Source: Psilocybe cubensis (lineage: Eukaryota). From it: DNA of 64,000 nt. Below are positions 25,345 to 39,312 of this stretch, piece after piece; position 1 is the first letter of the stretch, and every line of letters begins with the position of its first letter. The stretch is from NCBI GenBank assembly GCA_017499595.2, contig CM039004.1:186001-250000 (forward strand). The letters run 5' to 3'. The position numbers and the translations under genes were made by a program. The notes under the pieces were generated by a model. The model saw only the letters and a program-made list of their open reading frames with translations, was not told the origin of the DNA and made no database searches.

Positions 25345-28300
25345 GACTCGACCAGCATGGAACTTGAATTGGAAGCACCCTCGACATGACACGCCAATGT
25401 CGAGTCAGTCATCCTGGCCAACGGTCCGACTTGCAAGATAAAAGACAACATGAATTCCATAATTGGAAAGCAAGTTGCTTGTTTAAAATGGAAGAACAGT
25501 CAAACGTCGCCTCGATCATAGGGGTGCATAATACTTATCAAGTGGCTGATATATAGTAGTAATAGTGGAGATACAGGGGAGGTAATCATTAATATCATTA
25601 TTAATCAACAGTGAGACCTACTCACCGAGCACCGACGAGTAACAACCGCGAATCTTCTGCGTCCTTCGTTACCATATCCGCATCCGCATCCGCATCCAAA
25701 ATCTGCGCGGCCGAGATATGTGCATGTGTATGCACTCGACACTCGGTTGGTGTTGGTGAGTCATTACTTTTACTTTCCTTCTTTACATGTTCACTTTGAC
25801 CTCCAGACCCGTGCTGCTGGCCACTTACACTTCAATTACACTTCCAATTACATAGCGTAGAACAGGGTTAGGTATATTTATAACTGTTAGTGTTAGTGTT
25901 ATGTCAAAGTCTCCTAAGTCTTCGGAGCGCGCTCAATTTGGATATCGAGGCTCAGAGCCGCTGAATTGTGCAAATGCCAAACGCTCGTCGGGGAGTTCAG
26001 TCCCGGTGGTACTATGTTCACACTGATCAACGGTAGGTGGTATCAAAACATCACGCTGACCATGATTACTACTTGATTAAGTGAAAAAACAACCCGCTAA
26101 CCAATTGCATCAGCATTTTTTGGCTGCATAAAACTATACATCCCAGTCACACGCCGCGCGCGCTCAACGACATCTACCGACAAAAATGTAACCCGGAGAG
26201 ACTTTCACCGGACCTTCAAATTAAAACCATTCTGCATTCCCGACAATGACAATAGCTTAGCTTGTTTTCTCATGACACAGGGCAGCGAAGCTAACCCACC
26301 TAACCCAGATCCACCCGCGCTATTGACGTGCCGTGCCACATCTGGATGCCCTATCACATACACACGTAGCGCGGAAGCACAGTGAAGCACGAATCCCAAA
26401 GCGTCAAGTATGCATCGGTGACGCGAGGACTCTGACCTCTGACAAGGGGTAAGTAGATAGCTTATCAGACGTCGCATCCCCATCCTTCCCAGCCCACGAA
26501 AGAAAGCACCTTCTTGTTCGTTCCTGGACCGGGTGGAGCATCCTATCTCCTTTGTTTGTTGTTCGCAGGGATGGGTAATAGCCAGCACCATCTGATTAAC
26601 AAGAAATATTCCTGGAAGAAAATCGTCGTTGTTAGTTTGAGCACACGCATGTTCCATGCCCATGTTCAACAATCAGGGTGAAAGGGTGAAAGGTTCCATG
26701 ATGGTCAGATTTCGAATTTCCAACCTTACCCTACGTTTCAATTTCGAGTCTATGAGTACCCTCACTGAACTGACATGACATAATAGAGCTCTCCGAAGAC
26801 AGAAGACAGAGGTTCCAGTTCAGCGGGCACACAGGCACATCCGAATCCGAATCCGAGGCGTTTGCGTTTGCCACCGCCACGACAGAACAGAACAGAACAG
26901 CGTCATTCGTACACTCCTTACTCTTCCATCTTCATGTCATTCCGACCTTCAGCTTCGGGTGTGACTATATACAACCATATACAACTCACACGCGCATCGC
27001 TCAAAACACCCACCTGTAATTTATATCTCCACAAACACACACCAGTTTCCAAACAAAGACACCCAGAAAATTACGGAGTACAATATTATACAAACACCAA
27101 ACACGAAACACGAAACAGATTAAAAACCTTACCGCCACCGGACTGATCTTCTACTTGTACGTTTCTACTGTCCTCCCTCCTAGACTCGAATACGTATGTA
27201 TGTATGGGAAGTGATATCTGGAAGAGCATATGTATATGATCATGAGTAAGAGCCTCACGCTAACAGGCTTAGTACTTCGTAGTGCAGTTGAAAGTGAAAA
27301 AGCGGCGTTGTGTGTTAAAATCGGGGGAATGCGTGATGATAATTTCCAAATGTAGAGCGAGTTACCATATTTTGACGACCCTGAGTGAAAGAGATAGAAG
27401 TTTTTTCTTAAATTTTGCTAGGTGAACTTGCATAGGTTCTCCCCGCCCGAAGGCCTGCCATATATTTTTCTATCTACAACAAACAAGGTGCCTAAAGAAT
27501 CCTGTCATGTCGGCACCCTTCAAAGTTGATAGGAAGTCGGGAAGTTGTCATCGCGGAAACTCCTAATCTAGATGGGCAGTAACATAGCTTTCATTGTCAC
27601 GGTACAAATGTTGCAACACGATACAGAATTGAACAGTGAAACTTACCTGCAAGTTTGCCTTGACGACACGCACCGCGATCGCCTCCAAGCACATGTTGTA
27701 GGTTGTATTGTGCACATACGTCTTTGGGATACCTGTGAACTTCCTGTCAGTCTCGCTGCAGCTCGATGTAAAAAGAACAAGCGCTCAACAACACATGCTG
27801 CTGGCAGAATAGTTGGACACGGACACAAAACATTGCTTGCGGGAACTTCAGAAACCAAAGTTCAAATTCTGCAAACGGAGAATGGTGAGAACACGCTACA
27901 GAATTGGACCATACAACCTACGTGGACTCAATACCCGGCCGCGGGAACCTCAGAGCACAGAACATTGCTCGCGGGAACTCCAAAAATCGAATTTTGAAAT
28001 CTGGCGACAGAGAACCTCTGAGCACAAAATGTTGCTCGCGGGAAGTCCAAAAAACCGGCTGCTGACAGAATAGTGAGGACACAATACAGAGTTGGGAAAT
28101 AGCACCTACGTGGACTCGACAGCCGCGGGAACTTCAGAGCACAAAACATTGCTCGCGGGAACTCCAAAAAACCGAACATCGAATTCTGGTAACCGAATAG
28201 TGAGTACACAAGATGTAATTGGACAATGCCCGGCCAGAACATTGGTCCCAAAATACTGTTCAAGAGAATAGTGAGGAAACGACACGGAATTGGACAACGG

Positions 28301-31300
28301 CACCTACGTGGACTTGACACCCAGCCCGGGGGAACACAATGGCCGTGAAAAAACATCGCTCGCGGGAGCTCCAAAAATCAATTTTTAAAATCTGCTGAGA
28401 GAATAGTGAGTACACGATATGGAGTTGAGCAATGACACGTACGTGGACTCGACACCCAGGCCGCGGGAACTCCAAATATTGAATTTGAGCACACTGTGCG
28501 TGTCGGCGGACGTCCAAATATCAAATATGGGTGGGGTGCTCGCCGGAGCTCCAAAAATGCTGTTCAAGAGAGTAGTGAGGACACAACACAGACTTGGACA
28601 CCAACACCTACCTGGACTCAACACCCAGGTCATGGGAACACAATGCCAGTGAAAAACATTGCTCGCGGGAGACCCAAAAATCAATTCTTAAATTCTGTTG
28701 AGAGAATAGTGAGTACACGATGCAGAGTTGGACAATGACACGTACGTGGACTCGACACCCAGGCCGCGGGAACTCCAAATATCGAATTTGAGTACACCGT
28801 GATGGCCTAGCAGTGTCGGCGGACGTCCAAATATCAAATTTGGGTGGGACAGCATCATGTAGCGGACTGGCATAAACTCGGGATACAATCCCTGGCAAAG
28901 GAAAAAAATCAAAGTCGACCTATATACCGCATATTCAAGCTCCGCTATCCCTGCCACAAACAAACCCAAATTCTTCTAGCTCTGATCAATTTCGCTCCTA
29001 TCAAGGTATACGTACATATCCCGCTCCAGCTCAATTTTCAGACCGTAGAATACTTCATCTTCAATTCAACCCTGAAGATACTTTGAATTCAGTCTACAAA
29101 ACAAAATGACACTCAACTTTACATCACAGACACGAGTTCGAATGAAGACAACGCTTCAAGATCAAAAATAACGCACAAGTCCTCAATAACGAAACCACGC
29201 CGCTAGCGAATATCGGCTACTAGTAAGCAATATCTGGATCTAAAACCCAGCCCGTCGGTGCCCACAAACCAATCGTGCGGTTTTCAGGGTCGAAAATCTG
29301 CCTTTGAATGACGCAAGTCTATCAAATTCAGGCCCCAAATTGAGTTTCCGGCTATTTTAGGTATGGTTGAAAGCTCAATTCTAAGGATTAACTGTGGATG
29401 CGTGTGATTCTGATGCAATTCTCTGTTTGTTCAAGGTAAGATTCCAACTAAAAGTCTATGTCGCATTTTCGGACTCAAAATCCGTGATTGATCGCTCCCC
29501 AGCGATTATACGTCACTAGGTACTATCTTATTTGTCTGTGTCGCCGGACGCCCACAAACAAGTTCACAACCCGAGCCAAATTCGGATTGCCATGCTAATT
29601 TAAATAGTGCCTACGTCCAGACGGGTAGAAAAACATGTTTAAACTCTGAAAACGGGTATATATAACGTACCTTGCCTGCTTTCCATAGCCGGGACCTGTC
29701 CAAAAATATATTTAAAACTGACATTAACACTCGTCGATAGAACTCGAATGGCGGTTGTTGAAGCTCCTGGAAAACGGTAACATTGCATTCACTGCTAGAG
29801 AACAAGACAGGCTTATCTATACCAGTTTAGTTCATTAGGAGAGGTTGGAAACTACGCTACACAGACAGATCTTTGCATAGTAACCGTTTAAACACATTTC
29901 AAGCTCACCAAATCATATAACGGATGAAAACAGCGAGCCAACAGTATACAATGAGCATACTTCACAAAGGTCACCGTGTCTGTACAAATTTGTGCACTCC
30001 AGACGCTCGTAAACTATCTAAATTAACATTCAAATCGAAATAACCCACTACACGGACCCACAACCACCACTAAAGACACCCGGAAACGGCTGGAATGAGG
30101 TACATACAGAGATACCCCACCGATAGCATCACTAACCCACAAGCCAGACCTGCTCGCATGTCACATAGACCACATCCAACGCCACGAACCAACCTCCTCC
30201 TCCTCCCCATTTACACATCCACAAGCATCTCAACCCGCGTTCTTTTCGCCCCCTTCGCGTTTCAGACCCATTACGACACCCCTTACATACACGATCGAAC
30301 TATCTGTCAGAAGAAAATGAGAGGAAGACGCGGTGAACTCGACGAACGTTGCTGTGTGCTGGCAGCACATACACGCTATTTGCGCAGAGAACGCGGTTTT
30401 GTACGTGTTTATAGAGTCAGAGGGGCTATATGGTAACTTGAGTGGTATCCGGATATCGTTGGGAGGTTGGTGAGGCCGTGGATTCGCGGTCGAGGGTTGT
30501 TTGTGCAAATGATCCCTGCATGTTGAAATCGCCCGTTTCACTCGAAATATCGTATATCTGTGCGTTTATGGTGAATGTGGGTGATTGTACACACAATATA
30601 TTTCGCCACTTGATGTTCGAGATTGAAAATGTCAAGTCAGTTCTCAAATTCATCGAAACAATATCCATACTCGCCTCTTCTCCTCCACCCCGAATCCACC
30701 GCTCTTCTCTCAAATTTCGAACCGGATTCATATCACCCCCTAATCTATGAATACCCACTAGTCTATCTCACGTACATACTCGCATAATCCGAAGCTCAAA
30801 CACGAAAATTTTCATCCATCTCCCGAGCACCGAATTCAGTTCTCCAGCACTAGAGCACAAAAACCACGTACGAGTTCAATAAAGACGCAAATTAAGAATA
30901 CACCGAATGCACACTAACACGTTTCGGATGTTCAGATAGTGCTCCAGGTTTGAATTTTTGCAACACAACTCACCAAGTGTGCATGATCCTCGGATGTCTC
31001 TCCCCGTCCCATTCTTCCGAAAGAATGGCATTTTCAAACGACTTTGTTGTCAAGGGTTCTATTCGGGTGATACGTAATAGTGAACGGTGTTTTGAAAATG
31101 TTGGATCGAGCGGTGTCTTGACAAAAGCTAGATGTCGATGTTATGTATATTTCACTGAAATGCATTGTACGTACGGATTCAACGCGATGGCAATGACATA
31201 CCGAGTAGTAGCAGAGTGAATAATTCAAATCTTGCAGCAGAGTGGCACTGTACTCGATAAAGCTGGAAGAAAGTTGACATTGCAAGAAATTCCATGTTTG

Positions 31301-33181
31301 AATCCAAACCGAAACGAAATGTCCATCAAACACACCGAAACAAAATGTCCAAATCAAACACACCAAAAACACATCTATTCACAGTTCCAAAAGGTTTAAC
31401 GACAGAAGCAAGCCGTACATACCCTCGGCTAGCACTCGCTTCGCATTGAACTAGCAAAAACTCATTCGTAGATCCTCAAACTCGGACCCTGCAAAGCACG
31501 GTACAACCCGAAATTGCATAGCGTACCGGTGTACGTACAGCGGCGTGTTTCTGGGACTATAAAAGGGTGCGTGAATCGACTCACTTTTTCCCATTCCACT
31601 CCCACTCCCCTCTCAGGGGTCCTCTCCTCTCTCCTCCCCTGTTCTGCACGGTGTCGGTTGTTCAGGTAAGCTATTCAGCTGCGCTTTGACACCGCGACTG
31701 ACGGTGTTTTACCGCCTGTTTGTGTGCCAGGTCATCGACTCGACTGACGAGCAGAGCACAGCAGACGTGTCCTGCACACGGTGAGTGAACTGCTTGGGTC
31801 TGTTGAGACGATGCTGAATGGTGGTGTCGTGGTCTAGACGCGTTGTAGCGACATATTCAGTGAGTACGAGTGAAAATGTGTGACTCGCCTCATCCTGACG
31901 CGTCCCCCTTGCCCCCATTGCCACAGGTCATTGTGCTGCTCATGGGTTGACGTGTCGCGCTGGAACGTGAGTACGAACCCTACACACACGTACATAACCA
32001 CTCCCATAGTGCTGCAAGACCCTTCTCGTGTCGTTTCACGCTCTCTGCCGCGTTGTTGAGAACTCGATTGAGGCCGGGCTAGAATGAGAGGTAGATGTGA
32101 GTACGAGCCTTACACACATGTACATGACCACTCACCGGACACTTCCATTGTGCTTGTCGTTCCGCCCTCTCTGCGCCGTGGCGCCATGGTCTGTGAGTAC
32201 AAGTAAAAACAAGATAGTCACGCCACGCTGAAGCTCTTTTCCTCACCCGATGACTGCTCGCCGTATACAAGAGGACCCGCCCATTGCACAGCAAGACCCT
32301 TACACCACCACCCGTCATTTCGCCCTGTCTGCCGATTTGTGCATCGTGAGATGCGCCATAGCGCCATGTCCTGTGAGTACATATGAAAATGGCCTGGTCG
32401 CGTCATGCTGAAGCACCCTTCTTCACCCCCGCTATCACAGGTTGCCACCCATAGCACTGGACCTCGAGGCAACAGTGAGTACTAAATCCCAAACACATAT
32501 AGATGTCCGCTCACCGTGTGTAAAAGGACCATTTTGTTGTGATGCAAAGAGACCTTCCCCGCCCATCGCTTTGCCCGTTGGATGCGCCGCGGCGCTGTGT
32601 TCAGTGAGTAAAGTGAATATAAAACCCCTTCACTGAATCACCTCGTCTCGACCTAGTGTCCAGTGTTGTGTTGAGGCTAGGCATATTGGTGAGTAAGAGG
32701 ACGACGGCCTGGCCAACCCCTCGTTTATGACCTTGTAAGCTGAATAGATGGTGTCCAGTGTTGTGCAGGAGGGTGTAATGGATGTGTCGGGGTTAGGCAT
32801 GGTGGTGAGTAAGACTACATAACCACTCACCGTGTGTAAGAGGATGACGTCCCTCATTTTTGACCTCGTACACTGCCAAAGTGCTGTCCCACCCCGCTCG
32901 CCTCTAACAGCCCCGCACAACCACTCGTTTTCGACCTCGTATGCTTGGTGTCTAGTGTTGGGCAGGAGGATATAAGTGATGTGTTGATGTTAGGCATAGT
33001 GGTGAGTAAGACTACATAACTGCTCACCGTGTGCAAGAGGATGACGTCCCTCATTTTTGACCTTGTACACTGCCAGAGTGCTGTCCCACCCCGCTCGCCT
33101 CTGATAAGACCCCACGGACCAGACGGAAAGTTGTAGGCATGGTACGTGATGATTATGCGTCGGGAAACAGTGGTTAGACTC
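25345..33181. repeat. Unit 4 (A4 25345-27265 + B4 27266-33181)
   Basis: ORF translations identical at offset 7837. Confidence 0.95.
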
Positions 33182-36100
33182 GACTCGACCAGCATGGAAC
33201 TTGAATTGGAAGCACCCTCGACATGACACGCCAATGTCGAGTCAGTCATCCTGGCCAACGGTCCGACTTGCAAGATAAAAGACAACATGAATTCCATAAT
33301 TGGAAAGCAAGTTGCTTGTTTAAAATGGAAGAACAGTCAAACGTCGCCTCGATCATAGGGGTGCATAATACTTATCAAGTGGCTGATATATAGTAGTAAT
33401 AGTGGAGATACAGGGGAGGTAATCATTAATATCATTATTAATCAACAGTGAGACCTACTCACCGAGCACCGACGAGTAACAACCGCGAATCTTCTGCGTC
33501 CTTCGTTACCATATCCGCATCCGCATCCGCATCCAAAATCTGCGCGGCCGAGATATGTGCATGTGTATGCACTCGACACTCGGTTGGTGTTGGTGAGTCA
33601 TTACTTTTACTTTCCTTCTTTACATGTTCACTTTGACCTCCAGACCCGTGCTGCTGGCCACTTACACTTCAATTACACTTCCAATTACATAGCGTAGAAC
33701 AGGGTTAGGTATATTTATAACTGTTAGTGTTAGTGTTATGTCAAAGTCTCCTAAGTCTTCGGAGCGCGCTCAATTTGGATATCGAGGCTCAGAGCCGCTG
33801 AATTGTGCAAATGCCAAACGCTCGTCGGGGAGTTCAGTCCCGGTGGTACTATGTTCACACTGATCAACGGTAGGTGGTATCAAAACATCACGCTGACCAT
33901 GATTACTACTTGATTAAGTGAAAAAACAACCCGCTAACCAATTGCATCAGCATTTTTTGGCTGCATAAAACTATACATCCCAGTCACACGCCGCGCGCGC
34001 TCAACGACATCTACCGACAAAAATGTAACCCGGAGAGACTTTCACCGGACCTTCAAATTAAAACCATTCTGCATTCCCGACAATGACAATAGCTTAGCTT
34101 GTTTTCTCATGACACAGGGCAGCGAAGCTAACCCACCTAACCCAGATCCACCCGCGCTATTGACGTGCCGTGCCACATCTGGATGCCCTATCACATACAC
34201 ACGTAGCGCGGAAGCACAGTGAAGCACGAATCCCAAAGCGTCAAGTATGCATCGGTGACGCGAGGACTCTGACCTCTGACAAGGGGTAAGTAGATAGCTT
34301 ATCAGACGTCGCATCCCCATCCTTCCCAGCCCACGAAAGAAAGCACCTTCTTGTTCGTTCCTGGACCGGGTGGAGCATCCTATCTCCTTTGTTTGTTGTT
34401 CGCAGGGATGGGTAATAGCCAGCACCATCTGATTAACAAGAAATATTCCTGGAAGAAAATCGTCGTTGTTAGTTTGAGCACACGCATGTTCCATGCCCAT
34501 GTTCAACAATCAGGGTGAAAGGGTGAAAGGTTCCATGATGGTCAGATTTCGAATTTCCAACCTTACCCTACGTTTCAATTTCGAGTCTATGAGTACCCTC
34601 ACTGAACTGACATGACATAATAGAGCTCTCCGAAGACAGAAGACAGAGGTTCCAGTTCAGCGGGCACACAGGCACATCCGAATCCGAATCCGAGGCGTTT
34701 GCGTTTGCCACCGCCACGACAGAACAGAACAGAACAGCGTCATTCGTACACTCCTTACTCTTCCATCTTCATGTCATTCCGACCTTCAGCTTCGGGTGTG
34801 ACTATATACAACCATATACAACTCACACGCGCATCGCTCAAAACACCCACCTGTAATTTATATCTCCACAAACACACACCAGTTTCCAAACAAAGACACC
34901 CAGAAAATTACGGAGTACAATATTATACAAACACCAAACACGAAACACGAAACAGATTAAAAACCTTACCGCCACCGGACTGATCTTCTACTTGTACGTT
35001 TCTACTGTCCTCCCTCCTAGACTCGAATACGTATGTATGTATGGGAAGTGATATCTGGAAGAGCATATGTATATGATCATGAGTAAGAGCCTCACGCTAA
35101 CAGGCTTAGTACTTCGTAGTGCAGTTGAAAGTGAAAAAGCGGCGTTGTGTGTTAAAATCGGGGGAATGCGTGATGATAATTTCCAAATGTAGAGCGAGTT
35201 ACCATATTTTGACGACCCTGAGTGAAAGAGATAGAAGTTTTTTCTTAAATTTTGCTAGGTGAACTTGCATAGGTTCTCCCCGCCCGAAGGCCTGCCATAT
35301 ATTTTTCTATCTACAACAAACAAGGTGCCTAAAGAATCCTGTCATGTCGGCACCCTTCAAAGTTGATAGGAAGTCGGGAAGTTGTCATCGCGGAAACTCC
35401 TAATCTAGATGGGCAGTAACATAGCTTTCATTGTCACGGTACAAATGTTGCAACACGATACAGAATTGAACAGTGAAACTTACCTGCAAGTTTGCCTTGA
35501 CGACACGCACCGCGATCGCCTCCAAGCACATGTTGTAGGTTGTATTGTGCACATACGTCTTTGGGATACCTGTGAACTTCCTGTCAGTCTCGCTGCAGCT
35601 CGATGTAAAAAGAACAAGCGCTCAACAACACATGCTGCTGGCAGAATAGTTGGACACGGACACAAAACATTGCTTGCGGGAACTTCAGAAACCAAAGTTC
35701 AAATTCTGCAAACGGAGAATGGTGAGAACACGCTACAGAATTGGACCATACAACCTACGTGGACTCAATACCCGGCCGCGGGAACCTCAGAGCACAGAAC
35801 ATTGCTCGCGGGAACTCCAAAAATCGAATTTTGAAATCTGGCGACAGAGAACCTCTGAGCACAAAATGTTGCTCGCGGGAAGTCCAAAAAACCGGCTGCT
35901 GACAGAATAGTGAGGACACAATACAGAGTTGGGAAATAGCACCTACGTGGACTCGACAGCCGCGGGAACTTCAGAGCACAAAACATTGCTCGCGGGAACT
36001 CCAAAAAACCGAACATCGAATTCTGGTAACCGAATAGTGAGTACACAAGATGTAATTGGACAATGCCCGGCCAGAACATTGGTCCCAAAATACTGTTCAA

Positions 36101-39036
36101 GAGAATAGTGAGGAAACGACACGGAATTGGACAACGGCACCTACGTGGACTTGACACCCAGCCCGGGGGAACACAATGGCCGTGAAAAAACATCGCTCGC
36201 GGGAGCTCCAAAAATCAATTTTTAAAATCTGCTGAGAGAATAGTGAGTACACGATATGGAGTTGAGCAATGACACGTACGTGGACTCGACACCCAGGCCG
36301 CGGGAACTCCAAATATTGAATTTGAGCACACTGTGCGTGTCGGCGGACGTCCAAATATCAAATATGGGTGGGGTGCTCGCCGGAGCTCCAAAAATGCTGT
36401 TCAAGAGAGTAGTGAGGACACAACACAGACTTGGACACCAACACCTACCTGGACTCAACACCCAGGTCATGGGAACACAATGCCAGTGAAAAACATTGCT
36501 CGCGGGAGACCCAAAAATCAATTCTTAAATTCTGTTGAGAGAATAGTGAGTACACGATGCAGAGTTGGACAATGACACGTACGTGGACTCGACACCCAGG
36601 CCGCGGGAACTCCAAATATCGAATTTGAGTACACCGTGATGGCCTAGCAGTGTCGGCGGACGTCCAAATATCAAATTTGGGTGGGACAGCATCATGTAGC
36701 GGACTGGCATAAACTCGGGATACAATCCCTGGCAAAGGAAAAAAATCAAAGTCGACCTATATACCGCATATTCAAGCTCCGCTATCCCTGCCACAAACAA
36801 ACCCAAATTCTTCTAGCTCTGATCAATTTCGCTCCTATCAAGGTATACGTACATATCCCGCTCCAGCTCAATTTTCAGACCGTAGAATACTTCATCTTCA
36901 ATTCAACCCTGAAGATACTTTGAATTCAGTCTACAAAACAAAATGACACTCAACTTTACATCACAGACACGAGTTCGAATGAAGACAACGCTTCAAGATC
37001 AAAAATAACGCACAAGTCCTCAATAACGAAACCACGCCGCTAGCGAATATCGGCTACTAGTAAGCAATATCTGGATCTAAAACCCAGCCCGTCGGTGCCC
37101 ACAAACCAATCGTGCGGTTTTCAGGGTCGAAAATCTGCCTTTGAATGACGCAAGTCTATCAAATTCAGGCCCCAAATTGAGTTTCCGGCTATTTTAGGTA
37201 TGGTTGAAAGCTCAATTCTAAGGATTAACTGTGGATGCGTGTGATTCTGATGCAATTCTCTGTTTGTTCAAGGTAAGATTCCAACTAAAAGTCTATGTCG
37301 CATTTTCGGACTCAAAATCCGTGATTGATCGCTCCCCAGCGATTATACGTCACTAGGTACTATCTTATTTGTCTGTGTCGCCGGACGCCCACAAACAAGT
37401 TCACAACCCGAGCCAAATTCGGATTGCCATGCTAATTTAAATAGTGCCTACGTCCAGACGGGTAGAAAAACATGTTTAAACTCTGAAAACGGGTATATAT
37501 AACGTACCTTGCCTGCTTTCCATAGCCGGGACCTGTCCAAAAATATATTTAAAACTGACATTAACACTCGTCGATAGAACTCGAATGGCGGTTGTTGAAG
37601 CTCCTGGAAAACGGTAACATTGCATTCACTGCTAGAGAACAAGACAGGCTTATCTATACCAGTTTAGTTCATTAGGAGAGGTTGGAAACTACGCTACACA
37701 GACAGATCTTTGCATAGTAACCGTTTAAACACATTTCAAGCTCACCAAATCATATAACGGATGAAAACAGCGAGCCAACAGTATACAATGAGCATACTTC
37801 ACAAAGGTCACCGTGTCTGTACAAATTTGTGCACTCCAGACGCTCGTAAACTATCTAAATTAACATTCAAATCGAAATAACCCACTACACGGACCCACAA
37901 CCACCACTAAAGACACCCGGAAACGGCTGGAATGAGGTACATACAGAGATACCCCACCGATAGCATCACTAACCCACAAGCCAGACCTGCTCGCATGTCA
38001 CATAGACCACATCCAACGCCACGAACCAACCTCCTCCTCCTCCCCATTTACACATCCACAAGCATCTCAACCCGCGTTCTTTTCGCCCCCTTCGCGTTTC
38101 AGACCCATTACGACACCCCTTACATACACGATCGAACTATCTGTCAGAAGAAAATGAGAGGAAGACGCGGTGAACTCGACGAACGTTGCTGTGTGCTGGC
38201 AGCACATACACGCTATTTGCGCAGAGAACGCGGTTTTGTACGTGTTTATAGAGTCAGAGGGGCTATATGGTAACTTGAGTGGTATCCGGATATCGTTGGG
38301 AGGTTGGTGAGGCCGTGGATTCGCGGTCGAGGGTTGTTTGTGCAAATGATCCCTGCATGTTGAAATCGCCCGTTTCACTCGAAATATCGTATATCTGTGC
38401 GTTTATGGTGAATGTGGGTGATTGTACACACAATATATTTCGCCACTTGATGTTCGAGATTGAAAATGTCAAGTCAGTTCTCAAATTCATCGAAACAATA
38501 TCCATACTCGCCTCTTCTCCTCCACCCCGAATCCACCGCTCTTCTCTCAAATTTCGAACCGGATTCATATCACCCCCTAATCTATGAATACCCACTAGTC
38601 TATCTCACGTACATACTCGCATAATCCGAAGCTCAAACACGAAAATTTTCATCCATCTCCCGAGCACCGAATTCAGTTCTCCAGCACTAGAGCACAAAAA
38701 CCACGTACGAGTTCAATAAAGACGCAAATTAAGAATACACCGAATGCACACTAACACGTTTCGGATGTTCAGATAGTGCTCCAGGTTTGAATTTTTGCAA
38801 CACAACTCACCAAGTGTGCATGATCCTCGGATGTCTCTCCCCGTCCCATTCTTCCGAAAGAATGGCATTTTCAAACGACTTTGTTGTCAAGGGTTCTATT
38901 CGGGTGATACGTAATAGTGAACGGTGTTTTGAAAATGTTGGATCGAGCGGTGTCTTGACAAAAGCTAGATGTCGATGTTATGTATATTTCACTGAAATGC
39001 ATTGTACGTACGGATTCAACGCGATGGCAATGACAT

Positions 39037-39217
39037 TGTTGGAATGATAGTCGGCGAGCGACTTGGTCGCTAAGTCGTTATCTTCCTCTTGTAGTTTATC
39101 TTATCATATTTTTTCTAGATTATTCTACTATAGGTTCCGTAGTTACTGTAGGTACAACCGTGTAGCTACGTCGTGAATCTACATCTTTTACCACCACTGC
39201 GCATTATACTTACAACA
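39037..39217 (+). repeat. 5' LTR (181 bp)
   Basis: TGTTGGAATG...ACTTACAACA; no difference seen from the 3' LTR. Confidence 0.98.
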
Positions 39218-39229
39218 GGTTATGGGCCC
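39218..39229 (+). promoter_or_regulatory. Primer-binding site complementary to the anticodon arm of initiator tRNA-Met (half-tRNA priming)
   Basis: GGTTATGGGCCC directly after the LTR; same PBS type as Drosophila copia. Confidence 0.85.
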
Positions 39230-39312
39230 CGAGAGGTCATAACTAAAGCTCGCTTTGTTCTAAACTCGTTCTATTCTTATCGATCTATATCTAAACTTGT
39301 ACTCGACGTCAA

